Positions 12,377 through 23,146 of a stretch of DNA of 64,000 nt are shown piece after piece. Source of the stretch: Nageia nagi (taxonomy: Eukaryota > Plantae > Pinophyta). Every line of letters begins with the position of its first letter. Positions within the stretch are counted from its first letter, which is position 1. The notes under the pieces were generated by a model. It had not been told where the DNA came from. It worked only from the letters and a program-made list of their open reading frames with translations, and searched no databases. The translations under genes were made by a program, and so were the position numbers. The stretch is taken from NCBI GenBank assembly GCA_050084985.1, contig JBITNC010000001.1:80786001-80850000 (forward strand), read 5' to 3'.

Positions 12377-12695
12377 AGAGAGTACGCTCTACATTTGCAA
12401 CGAAAGCTGATCTGATGTATCAAAAATCTGAAGCTTGTTCATTTTGTTAAATGCCAAAGAGAGTGTGCTCTACACTTGCAACAAAAGTTGATCTGGTGTA
12501 TTAGAAATCTGAAGCATTTAAACCCTTTTAAGTTTCTTAAATCCTAAAGAGAGTATGCTCTACACTTGCAACGAATGTTGATCTGGTGTATCAGAAATCT
12601 TAAGCATTTAAACCCTTTCAAGTTTCTTAAAGCCTAAAGAGAGTATGCTCTACACTTGCAACGAATGTTGATCTGGTGTATCAAAAATCTGAAGC
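12377..12695. repeat. Minisatellite, 4 copies of an ~80-90 bp unit
   Basis: AAGAGAGTATGCTCTACACTTGCAAC...TGATCTGGTGTATCARAAATCTGAAGC at ~12377, 12457, 12547 and 12637. Confidence 0.9.
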
Positions 12696-12769
12696 TTTAA
12701 CAAATTTAAGCTTATATTTCATTTTAAAAATTAAATCAGTCATCTAATTTTACGTTTTAATTCACTATT

Positions 12770-13120
12770 ACAGATAGGAACCTTGGATGGTAGCATGTAA
12801 CAAAAAAAATGGTGGTTTGGAATGCAATTATTGTGACAAGCTGATGAAAATTGGGATAAACTGTGTCAAGTATCATCTTGTTTGCATTATGTCCAAAGAT
12901 ATTGAAATTTGCCCTCAAGTGCCTCCTAATGTGCAGTAACAGATGAATATTGTACTGGAAACATTTTTTGAGAGGAAGGAAGAAAGAGTTGCAATAAAAC
13001 ATGCAAAGGGCCATGTACTTGTTGAGAAGGAAACCTTTCCTCTTACTCAGTGATTGCCCATACAATCAAGACGAGAAAGCGACTCAGCATGTAGGTGAGA
13101 ATGCGTTACTGAACTCCTCT
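12770..13120 (+). pseudogene. hAT transposase, BED zinc-finger part (segment 1 of a split element)
   Basis: GW*HV...ECNYCDK...GINCVKYHL...DIEICPQVP matches the BED finger of plant DUF659-type hAT transposases. Contains stops. Confidence 0.75.
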
Positions 13121-14559
13121 TGTAAGGATTGATACCCCAAGGTTTCAATTGGAAAGCTCGTGTTTTTAATACGAGCTTTGAATTTGTGTAGGTCTTGTTT
13201 GGGAATCAGCTGAGTGGTGTAGTAGAGGTAATAACTGTTAACTCACGTTTTTTGTAGGGATTGAAGTATTTTATCTTATAATAGTTTGAAAGTTGCCATA
13301 TGTTTAAAAAAGTGTAAAATAAAGAAAAGAAAAGTGAACGAGAATGTTTCGATATTGGTGAGATGACAAAGAAAAGGTCACAATGAAGTAGTGTCTAAGG
13401 TTTCTTGGTTCAGGATCGTTTAAGAAATCTCATTCGAAGTCCTCCAACCTAAAAATAGAATAACCTAAGTTCAATCTATTCTTAAGAGGAGCGGGGAGGA
13501 GAGCTGACCGTCGGTACTCTGCAAGCAGGACCGATGCAATAAAAAAGAAAGACACGACATGACAAGTGCGCACAAACATTGTTTCGAATGGAGAAATCTT
13601 ATTTGATGTCATAGAAAGAAGAAAATCTAAGAATAAGTTCACTTACTATGCAAATTATGGAAAGGCAACGATTTGGGAGTGATTCAAAAACTTTTAAAAT
13701 TTTTTACAAATTTTTCCTAAAATTTGGGAATTTTTAAGAAAAGCATGAATGATCCTAAATCATCTCAAAAAGCTTCAAAATGGTCAAATCCACAATCTCA
13801 CAAATGACAAATCTCTTTGTTTCAAGTATTCCATCACTTTGTATTAAATTTGTGCAAAAATTACAAGGATACATCAATTTGCTAATTTTTCACAAATTTG
13901 CATTAAAAACATTCTGTGCACTAAAAACATTCTGCCTCAAAAGTGACCCCCTATGGTCAATTTATAGGCTTTTTAGGTCAAATTTGAGGGTGTTGCCCTA
14001 ATTCCTAAAAAAGCTTTAAAATTGCTGATTTGAATGCTAAATTGAAATTACAATATCGTTTTAGTGGGAGAACAGTCTCATCCCACTAAAATATGCTAAA
14101 AATAAAATATTTACAAAAATTGATGCCCTTTGGCACGCATTTCAAGGCATTTTGCATTAATTTGGCAAAATTTGGAGCTTCGAATCATCTTTCTGGATCT
14201 TTCTGTCAGTCTTTTGAGCTCCTTCTTTCTTTGAATCTAGATTTGCTTGTGATGTGATCATTGTGGCAAATTTTCAAGGGATTCTAAGAGAAGTTTTTGA
14301 AAAAGTGGATTTATGGTCTATTTTTCGAAAAAGATGGGGTGGGGTCCGAAATTTGGAAATTTTTTAAAAAGTGGATTTGAGCTCATGGATGGATGGATGG
14401 ATGGAGGATGGGATTACAAGGTACTTGGCAAGTTTTGAGAGGTTTTGGAGCTTTTTATGAGGTTTTGTGAAGGATTTGGGATTTTGGCAAATTTTTCCAT
14501 TTTCATGTCTATGGATTTCGTTTGGTTAAATAAAAAATGAAATTTCCATAGGAATGAAA

Positions 14560-15720
14560 AATGCATCCTAGATTTTTGAGCCTTTTAACTTGCTCAAAAT
14601 CGAAAAATTTCAAGTTTAAATGTGCTTAGAATCATGTTTTCCATGCAATTGATCCCTAAAACTCGAATTTTGAAGCATATTTTTGAATCTTCTTCATGCT
14701 AGGTGCTAGAACTCACTCCATTGGATTTCCAATGGCATGAAAATCTGCGCCTACCTTTTGGGTGCCTTTTTGTCGCTCAAAATTGAAAATTTGAAGTATT
14801 AAATGTGCTCAAAATGCCATTTTCCTTGCAAATATGTCAAAAAACTTGATTTTTGGACAAAATCTTCACATTCTCCCATGTTAGGCGCCAGTTTTTCAGG
14901 TCTATGGATTCCCAATGGCATGAAAATCTGCGCCTTCTTTTTTGAGGGGTTTCCATGGCCTAAAATAAAAAATCTCAAGTGTTAAATGTGCTAGAAATGC
15001 CTTTTTCTATGCAAATGAAGGGGTCCAACTTGATTTTTGAGTGAAATTTATCAAATTTTTCCAACCTAGGAGCCAAAATTCAGTCCTATGGATCTTCAAT
15101 CAGCCCCAAACCTGCACCTAGCTTTTTGTGCCTCCAAACTTGCTCAAAAATGAAAATTTGCAAGTTTAAACCTTCTCAAAATGACCTCCTTTATGTACTT
15201 ATGTCCTCAAACTTGACTTTTGATCAAAATTTATCAATTTTTTCCAACCTAGGTGCCATTTTTCACCTCATTGGATTCCCATAGCCTTGCAAAACTGCAC
15301 CTAGCCTTCAGGGCGCCTAAAAGTGTTCAAAATCGAAAATTTTGAGTATTAAATGTGCTTGAAATGGTCTCTTCCTTGTTCCCAAGCATCTAAACCTGTT
15401 TTTTGAGCAAAAAACATTTCATCTTGTCCATCTAGGCGCCATTTTTCATGCCAATGGATTTGGAATTATTGGGAAACTTGCGCCTAGCTTTCTGGGGGTC
15501 TAAACTTGCTCAAATTCAAAAAATTGAAGACCTGAAGTGCCTTAGAATCATCTCTTCCATCCATATATGCATTCACATTTGAATTTCGATGCATTTCCAC
15601 TTTTCCTCCACAATCTAGGCGCCAAAAATCATCTCTATGGATTTCCCATAGGCTTGAAAAACTGCGCCTAGGATGTGACTACATTAGACTTGGTCAAAAT
15701 AAAAAATTTCAAGTCTTACT
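14560..15720. repeat. Six diverged ~183-bp tandem units, each with a CTAGGCGC...GCGCCTAG hairpin
   Basis: Hairpin starts at ~14699, 14881, 15066, 15248, 15432 and 15615. Units also share an AAAATTTxxAAGTxTxAAATGTGCT motif. Confidence 0.85.
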
Positions 15721-15859
15721 TGTGATAGAATTCACCTTATCTCTCCAAGGACACTCTTAGACTTGAATTCCGACACCATTTGCCTTTATCTATGAAAAAC
15801 ATGCACCATTTCCCCCCATTTGGGTCTTCAATACCTTGGGAAAACGTGCTTGGGGTTAG

Positions 15860-16420
15860 GGGTACTCAAACACTCATTTTCGACCCATTTTGGACTCAAT
15901 CTTTGCATTTTTGGCCACTTCTGGTGTTCCCAAGCTCTAACTCGACCAAAATGCCTCTTTCAGCACCTTCGAGCTCAAACTCTACTTTTTCAATGATTTT
16001 CAAGTTCAAACGATGCAAAAACAACCATTTCCGCCTTTTCGAGTTCAAACTTGTCATTTTCCATCATTTACGGGCTCAAAGTATTCATTTCTGCCAATTT
16101 TCGGCATTTTTGGGCCTTAATTGTGAAAAAATGATCATTTCTGGCATTTTTGAGCATATCTCAACTTTGCATTTTTGACCATTTTCGAGCTTCTCGGGCT
16201 CAAACGGTGCAAAAACGCACATCTTTACTGTATTGACCACTTCTGGGCTCAAAATTGACCAAGACACATCTTTTCGTGATAACGACCATTTTTGAGCTTT
16301 CTGGGCTCATACTTGACAAAAACGCTTATTTTTGTCATCTTAGCTACATCCACTGCTCTCGGGCTTAAACTCTGCAAAAACACTCATTTTCGTCACACTT
16401 GGCACTTGTGAGTTCGAACG
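15860..16420. repeat. Degenerate short-unit tandem array (GRGCTCAAAC / TGCAAAAAC / CATTT motifs)
   Basis: Recurrent gagctcaaac/gggctcaaa and tgcaaaaac motifs. Confidence 0.6.
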
Positions 16421-16859
16421 GTGTAAAAACGACCCCATCTCCACTGGCTGCACTTTAGACCAAAAATCCGTGCTCTAATACTCTCTCTTAGATGCTGGCT
16501 CCTTGGCTCCAAAACTGGTGACTTAATACTTTGATACTCTTCAGGGTCTTCGTCGCAAGATCTCCTTGAATTGCTTCCTGATATTACGTTTGCACTCTTC
16601 AGAATGAACTATCCGTTGCCAAAAGCCAATCTCAAGGCAATGCGCCTCATTGCCTTTGCAAACATAGGGTCTCCAAAATCTTGTATTTTGGGGTGTGTTG
16701 TGCGGGCACAACAGTACTCTCTGACCAACCTCTTTTTCCTGGTGGGCCCAGTTCTACTATTGGGCCTAGAGTTCACCATTTTGGTGGACAAGGTTCCAAC
16801 ACACAATCAATAGCATCATTTTTTGTTCCTAGAAATGTTCCAGGTGGCTAGCCAACAGC

Positions 16860-17942
16860 AAATGCTACTGGATGGAATAAAGAGATGCATGCAGAGGCCA
16901 GTAAAGCTGTTGCAAATTTTTTCTATTATTGGAACATACCTTTCCATGTTGATTCACTATTTTATGTTGCTATGGTGAATGTATTGACAACTGTTGGTGT
17001 AGGGTATAAACCCCCCACATCACATGATTTGCGGGGGGCACTTCTTGCCAACTCAATTAAGGATGTGAGTGTCATTGTGGATGAACAAAAGAAGGTGTGG
17101 CAGAAGAAGGGTTGTACGATCATGTCCGATGGCTGGGAAGATCAAAGAGGGAGGACATTAATAAACTTTTTGGTTGCTTCATTAGGAGGCACAGTTTTTT
17201 TGAAATTAGTGGATACCTATTGTAAACTAAAAAATAGGACACTTTTTCAATTGTTAGAGGAGGTTGGGCCACAAAATGTGGTCCAAGTTATCACTGATAA
17301 TGCATCTGCATATGTAGCAATAGGCAGGGATCTTGGGGAGTGCTTTCCCACTTTGTTTTGGACACCTTGTGCAGCCCATTGCATCGACTTGATATTGGAA
17401 AAATATCTTGGGTGCTAGAATGCGTATCGAATGCTAAGAAGGTTACCAAGTTAATATATAACCATAGTTGGATTCTCAATTTGTTGACGGAACACAGAAG
17501 GAAAGAATATCGTGTGACCATGTATCACACGATTTGCAAACAACTTTGTCAACCTATAGAGCCTTCATTCCAGAAGAGTGGGTGTGAAGAGGATGTTCAA
17601 CTTCGATGAATGGAACCAGTTAGAGTTGAGCACACGTATTGAAGGCCGGTGTGTGTTGCCTTTGATGATGGCTTCTAGAAAACTGCAATTGAGATCATTC
17701 AGGTTATCTCTCAACTCCATGGAATAAAATCATTAAGTTTTCGAATTTGTATATTCTATTTCTTCAAGTTTTCTTATTTAATTTTACTTGTTTGTTGTCG
17801 ATTATTAAGTTTCAGAACCCTTGGTGAGAGTTCTACGAATTGTTGAGAAGGCCAAAGAGTCCATTAAGAAGTTCTATAAGAATGTATCGTCCAAATATAG
17901 GCCGTCTTGGGACTTGATTGATCATAGGCAGGATGATCAACT
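16860..17942 (+). pseudogene. hAT transposase, DUF659/RNase H-like core (segment 2)
   Basis: ORF 16885-17418 reads GCTIMSDGWEDQRGRTLINFLV...NVVQVITDNASAY...FWTPCAAHCIDLILE. Frameshifted continuation includes TRFA-like and EPLVRVLR motifs. Confidence 0.92.
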
Positions 17943-18794
17943 TGTAACATTCCTTCTTGTACCATATAAAATAATGTAATAACCAATAGGGAACATTTTA
18001 ATAATATCCCTTTGGTATTTATTTTATAGTTATTTTGTATTAACTTGGGATAGGAATTAATTGGTCCGTGGACCCCATTGTGAGCCCCTAGCGGGACATA
18101 TCCCTCCCAAGCTAAGTTATCATATTTGTCGCATTTCAAGGATGAGATTCGGATTTAGGCGAACTTCAAAAGCCCTCATGAAATTTGCTGAATATTCGAT
18201 GCATTTTATGTGTACTTATCTGCTGCCTTGGATTTGATATGCCTGGTGGTAAATCATGGTAGGAAATTGATGCAAAAAAGCTTTGGCGGGAAACTAGGAA
18301 GTTCTTCTAGAGGAATAAGGCGTTGTTCTGTTCTTCAAACCCTTGAGTATCTCTTAAGAGGAATAAGGTGTTGTTATGTCCTGTACCTGACCCGTGAAAA
18401 CTGGATATGGTGATCTTCCTTGATTCTGCGATTGCGATTCCATCCAAATGATGAACTGAAATCATGTGCTGGGGGATTAGGGTTTTACCGAGAAACGAAA
18501 TAGGGCCAACAAGATAGCCTATTGAATGAATAATAGGGTTTTACTGTTGCTCGATTGCAGATTCGAAGAAGCTGGAGGTGCTGAATCAATCAAATAAATT
18601 CCAAGCTCGCACTCCTTCAGTCCCGATTCAGACCCCCAAGTATGTTCAAAGGAAGTTTGCGTTCAACTTTTAGGCTTTGTCTGTTGGAGAACTTGAGTCT
18701 TCATGTTCTCTCGTGTTTTCTTTGTCTTCGTCTAGCATAGACTTGTGGAGATTTTATTTTAGGTTTTTAGCCTCTTAATGTTTTGACTTTGATG

Positions 18795-18905
18795 TTTTAA
18801 AATTTGAATTTTAATTCGAAATTTGATTTTAATTTTAATTTTGAATTTAATTTTAAATTTAAATTTAATTTGAATATTAAATTTAATTTTAATATGAATA
18901 TTAAT
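18795..18905. repeat. AT-rich low-complexity tract (TTTAAA/TTTGAA-like units)
   Basis: About 110 bp of nearly pure A/T directly before the truncated RT. Confidence 0.8.
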
Positions 18906-18918
18906 TTTCAGTCAGCAT

Positions 18919-21207
18919 TTGAGGCGCTTTGTCTTGGTATTTTTTGATGATATTTTGGTATATAGCAAAAATTGGGATGATCATTTACAACATTTAGATT
19001 CAGTTTTGAGCATTTTAGGACAGCAAGAGTTTTATGCGAAAGAATCTAAGTGTGAATTTGCTATGATTGAAATTTTGTACTTGGGGCATATTATTTGCAA
19101 AGATGGGGTGAAAGTTGATCAAGCTAAAGTTTCAGCTGTACAAAGATGGCCTATACCATCCAACCTAACAAAATTGAGAGGTTTTGTGGGATTATGCAGT
19201 TACTACAGGAGGTTCATTAAGGGGTTTTCATCTTTGGCTGCTCCCCTTACTGAATTGACTAAGAAAGGGGCTTTTTCATGGTCCAATGAGGCTCTTCTAA
19301 GTTTTCTAAAGTTGAAGGATGTAATGACTTCCACTCCTTTACTTGCTATTCCTGATTTTTCTGTTGCTTTTACTATTGCTTGTGATGCTTCAGGTGCTGG
19401 AGTTGGAGCTGTACTTATGCAACAAGGATGCCCCATTGCCTATGAGAGCAGAAAGCTCTCAAATGTGGAGAAAACTTTCAGCATCTATGATAAAGAGATG
19501 CTAGCTATCATGCATGCCTTGACCAAATTCAAGCAATACTTGGTGTGTGGCAAGTTTGTGGTCAAAACTGATCATAACAGTTTGAAATACTTCTTGGGAC
19601 AAGCTAAACTAAATGAAAGACAACAAAAATGGGTAACAAAGTTGCAATCATATGATTTTGAAATTGAATTTGTAAAGGGTAAGAAGAATTCAGCAGCTGA
19701 TGCACTTTCTAGGCACCCTACTTTTCATTCTCTTTCCATTATTTCTGCTGATTGGAAAGTAAAAATTATGGCTGAATATGCGAAGAATGATTTTTGCTCT
19801 AAACTAATAAATGGGCAAGTTGAAGATGATAGGTTCAGCCATAAAGAAGGACTGATTTTCTGCAAGGGAAGAGTGTTTTTAGTACCTGAATCAAAGTTGA
19901 AACAAACTTTAATGACAGCCATGCATGATGCTCCACTTGTAGGCCATCCAGGTTTCTACAAGACTTACAAACAGGTTAGAGAAAGATTCTATTGGAAGGG
20001 TTTGAAAAGAGATGTTTTCTTGCATGTTCAGGAATGTGTTATTTGCCAAGAAAATAAGGGAGAACATGAATTTTCAGCTGGTTTACTTCAGCCACTTCCT
20101 ATTCCCAATCAGAAATGGGAAAGTATCTCCATGGATTTCATTACTGGTTTGCCCAAGGTATACATGAAGGATTGCATATTCGTTGTTGTTGATAGATTGA
20201 CAAAATTTGCTCATTTCTATGCCATTTCAGCAACTTATACAGCCATACAAGTTGCTGATTTGTTTTTTAAAGAAGTTTTTAGATTGCATGGTTTGCCTAG
20301 ATCCATTGTGAGTGATAGGGACAAAAGATTTTTAAGCATGTTTTGGCAAGAATTGTTTAAGCTATGTGGTACTAAATTGACTCCTAGTACTAGCTACCAT
20401 CCCCAAACTGATGGGCAAACTGAAATTGTTAACAAATGGCTTGAAGGGTATTTGAGAAATTATATTTCAAGTCAGCAAAGTGCATGGGTTAAATGGCTGC
20501 ACCTTGGTGAATACTGCTACAATTCTACTAATCATATGTCCATAAAAATGTCTCCATTCAAGGCACTTTATGGTTATGATGCACCACACTTTTCAAATCT
20601 GATTTTTGGTGATTCAAAGGTCCAAAAAGCTAGAGACTTTGCAGCAGAAAATCAAGCTATTCTTAATGCTTTGAAGGATAATATTCTTATGGCACAAAAT
20701 CAGCAGAAGAAGTATGCAGATCAACAACGTAGTGAACGTTCATTTGAGGTGGGTGACTTGGTTTATGTTAGGTTGCAGCCCTACAAACAGTCCACATTGA
20801 AGAAGAGTGGAGCAGAGAAGCTAAAACCCAAGTTCTATGGGCCTTACAAGGTGATTAGTAAGGTTGGACAGGTTGCATATGCTTTGGAACTTCCAAGTGA
20901 GAGTAAGATACACAATGTTTTTCATGTTTCTTGCTTGAAAAAGGCTTTAGGTCAACATGTTCAGCCATCTTCAGATTTGCCACCTCTTGATGATGAAGGA
21001 AAGCTCATTTTTGAACCTGAATTGATCCTTGAGACAAGGGAGAAAAAGCTTAGGAGTAGGACTATCAAAGAATATCTTGTGAAGTGGAAGAACTTGCCTA
21101 TGGAGGATGCTACTTGGGAAGGTGCAGAAATTTTAGATGATCCAACTTTGACTTTGCTTGAGGACAAGCAATTTGAGGAGGGTGGACTTGTAATGTTCCA
21201 AAAATAA
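18919..21207 (+). CDS. Ty3/Gypsy chromovirus pol, 5'-truncated (RT C-half, RNase H, integrase, chromodomain); Reina-like
   Basis: 762-aa open frame: [32 protein letters not shown]...CVIC, SMDFITGLP, HPQTDGQTE, FYGPY, HNVFHVS, chromodomain EYLVKWKNLPMEDATWE, LEDK tail. The clade call rests on the C-terminal motif style only. Confidence 0.95.
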   Translation: MRRFVLVFFDDILVYSKNWDDHLQHLDSVLSILGQQEFYAKESKCEFAMIEILYLGHIICKDGVKVDQAKVSAVQRWPIPSNLTKLRGFVGLCSYYRRFIKGFSSLAAPLTELTKKGAFSWSNEALLSFLKLKDVMTSTPLLAIPDFSVAFTIACDASGAGVGAVLMQQGCPIAYESRKLSNVEKTFSIYDKEMLAIMHALTKFKQYLVCGKFVVKTDHNSLKYFLGQAKLNERQQKWVTKLQSYDFEIEFVKGKKNSAADALSRHPTFHSLSIISADWKVKIMAEYAKNDFCSKLINGQVEDDRFSHKEGLIFCKGRVFLVPESKLKQTLMTAMHDAPLVGHPGFYKTYKQVRERFYWKGLKRDVFLHVQECVICQENKGEHEFSAGLLQPLPIPNQKWESISMDFITGLPKVYMKDCIFVVVDRLTKFAHFYAISATYTAIQVADLFFKEVFRLHGLPRSIVSDRDKRFLSMFWQELFKLCGTKLTPSTSYHPQTDGQTEIVNKWLEGYLRNYISSQQSAWVKWLHLGEYCYNSTNHMSIKMSPFKALYGYDAPHFSNLIFGDSKVQKARDFAAENQAILNALKDNILMAQNQQKKYADQQRSERSFEVGDLVYVRLQPYKQSTLKKSGAEKLKPKFYGPYKVISKVGQVAYALELPSESKIHNVFHVSCLKKALGQHVQPSSDLPPLDDEGKLIFEPELILETREKKLRSRTIKEYLVKWKNLPMEDATWEGAEILDDPTLTLLEDKQFEEGGLVMFQK

Positions 21208-21850
21208 ATATTTTGTAAATGTCTCCTACACTTAATTATAAAAGTGGAAAAGGGGTTCATGTGACTAGGAGACATAACTTAAGTTGTGTTTATTTATGTT
21301 TTATATTTTTATTTTTTGTAATAAGGTACTTTAAGTGATTTTAGGGTTAGGAGATGTCAACTCCAAATTAGAACCTCATTCTATAAAAGGAAGTGAGCAT
21401 CTCATTTGGAGCATGTTATGTGATATGAGAATTAAATATTGAAACCCTAGAGTTTCCATGAGTTGAGATTGCAGGTCTTGCTCATTCCCATAGTGCATTG
21501 GAGGTGCATGGTTGGGGACTTGGCAATATCATTGAAGGTGTTATTGCCCTAAAATATCAAAAATACAAAAAGAGGCATCTGTGAGTGGTTCGTGGCATTT
21601 CTTTTGTGGAGAGATTCACTTAGTTTGGAAAGTTTGTATCTGCATTTTTAGTTTCGTGAGGATTCCATTTGTCCATTCTAGCATTGTATTGGTTTGGAAA
21701 TATTTAATATATATGATACTGGCTGATTTCGTCTCATACTAGTGTTATTTTATGAGCAATTTCTGAGTTATTTTATTGCTGCAATTTATTTCTGCATTTT
21801 TATATTGAGGGTTTGCTAGAAATAAAGAAATAAAAATAAAAGGAACATCA
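21189..21850 (+). repeat. 3' LTR (662 bp) of the chromovirus fragment
   Basis: Follows the PPT GAGGAGGGTGGA. Termini TGTAATGTTCC...GGAACATCA are imperfect inverted repeats. TATAAAA at ~21382. Confidence 0.8.
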
Positions 21851-22677
21851 TAGCACCCAAGAATCCCACATTGGCGTGCGTGGCACCCTTAGACCCTACA
21901 TTGGCATTTATGGCACCCAGGAATCCCACGTTGGTTTGCCTGACACCTAGCCACCCACGTTGGGCATCCCGAGCCCTTTGGAGGCTAACGTTGGGGCCTT
22001 AGAGTCTAGTGATGATTCCAAGGTGGAATCCAGGTCCTGGTGAGAGTATAAAGAGACAAGGAGGTTCATTTGCTAGACAGCTATTGATTATTACTTCTAC
22101 TCTCATACATCGTCCGGTGGACAAAGACCTTAGCGGAGTGCTAAGTGAATTCCTTAGGTGGAGCACCTAAGAGGGTTACCAAGCGGAGGGAACTTGGTAG
22201 TCTACGACAATTGGTGGAGCACCATTGCCCATCCTGTGGATTTGAGGTGAGAGTGGTTATCCATATTTGAGGAGGGCCTCTTCGGTGGGGAGGAGTCAGA
22301 TTGTGAGGAGGCGTTGCTGTCCCTAGGTTTGTTTGGCATCATCAGGAGAGTCATTCGGCATAGATCAGCTCCTAAGAGGCTGACGTCAGGCCCTTTGGGC
22401 ATATCTTGTATTGTTTTTCATTATTGATCGTAATACAAGTCGTGGGCTCATTTGGATCTCAACGTTGTTTCATATTGTTCATTTTGTGTTATGTGTTGAG
22501 CATTATTGTGCTGTATATTGTGTTTTTGGCCCATCGTTGGCATTGTATGAAGTTTGTATGCATGTGGAGGCCCAACGTTGGTACACTAGGGTTTGTGTTG
22601 CGTGTTGTGGATGCCGTAGTTATTTTATTTTGAAATTAATTATCTATATTTTTGAGGATCTCATTTGGGATATTACA

Positions 22678-23146
22678 CAACTCCACAAGTTGATTCATGT
22701 TGTGGGGTATTTCCTAAATCCAAAATATTACTTTGTTGAGCAATCAAATTTTGAGTCTGATGATGAAGTTATGAGCGAACTCTCTCTATGCTTGGAGAGG
22801 ATGGTAGGACATGATCCAGATAAAGTTATGCAAATATAGAAGGATTTGATGACCTGTAAGAATTCAGATGGTTACCTCTTCTCTTGTATTCCTTACATCA
22901 CATCAAGGGACAATGAAAATCTAGGTTTAAACATTAATGTTTCTAAAAATTGAAATATAACGTTGATTTCCAAATAAAAAAAGATGGTTTTCTAATATGT
23001 TTTTTTGTTGAATTGTAGTTGTGTGGTGGGAGTCCTATGGTGCCAAATACTCTCTCTTACAACAATTGGCAATACGTATTTTGTCCCAACCTTGCAGCGC
23101 TAGTGGATGTGAGCGCAATTGGAGTTTATTTGAGCAAATACACACA
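22678..23146 (+). pseudogene. hAT transposase C-terminus with dimerisation domain (segment 3)
   Basis: LHKLIHVVGYFLNP, then an intron-like gap ending ttgtag at 23018, then WWESYG...LQQLAIRILSQPCSASGCERNWSLFEQIHT. Confidence 0.92.

Larger units (their letters stand above)
13121..16713 (-). mobile_element. ~3.6-kb non-coding LTR-like unit related to the giant-LTR family, inserted in the hAT transposase
   Basis: Starts TGTAAGG and has the terminal hairpin TGTTGTGCGGGCACAACA at 16696-16713. Candidate TSD CCTCT at 13116-13120 and 16729-16733, i.e. 15 bp beyond the hairpin, so the right boundary is ambiguous. The hAT sequence resumes afterwards. Confidence 0.6.
17943..22677 (+). mobile_element. 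Gypsy solo-LTR (related to LTR 52277-53413) with a nested truncated chromovirus
   Basis: TGTAACA...ATTACA termini with perfect TSD CAACT (17938-17942 and 22678-22682). It splits the hAT motif DQL|HKLIH. Segments 17943-18116 and 21851-22677 resemble the LTR at 52277-53413. Confidence 0.85.
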
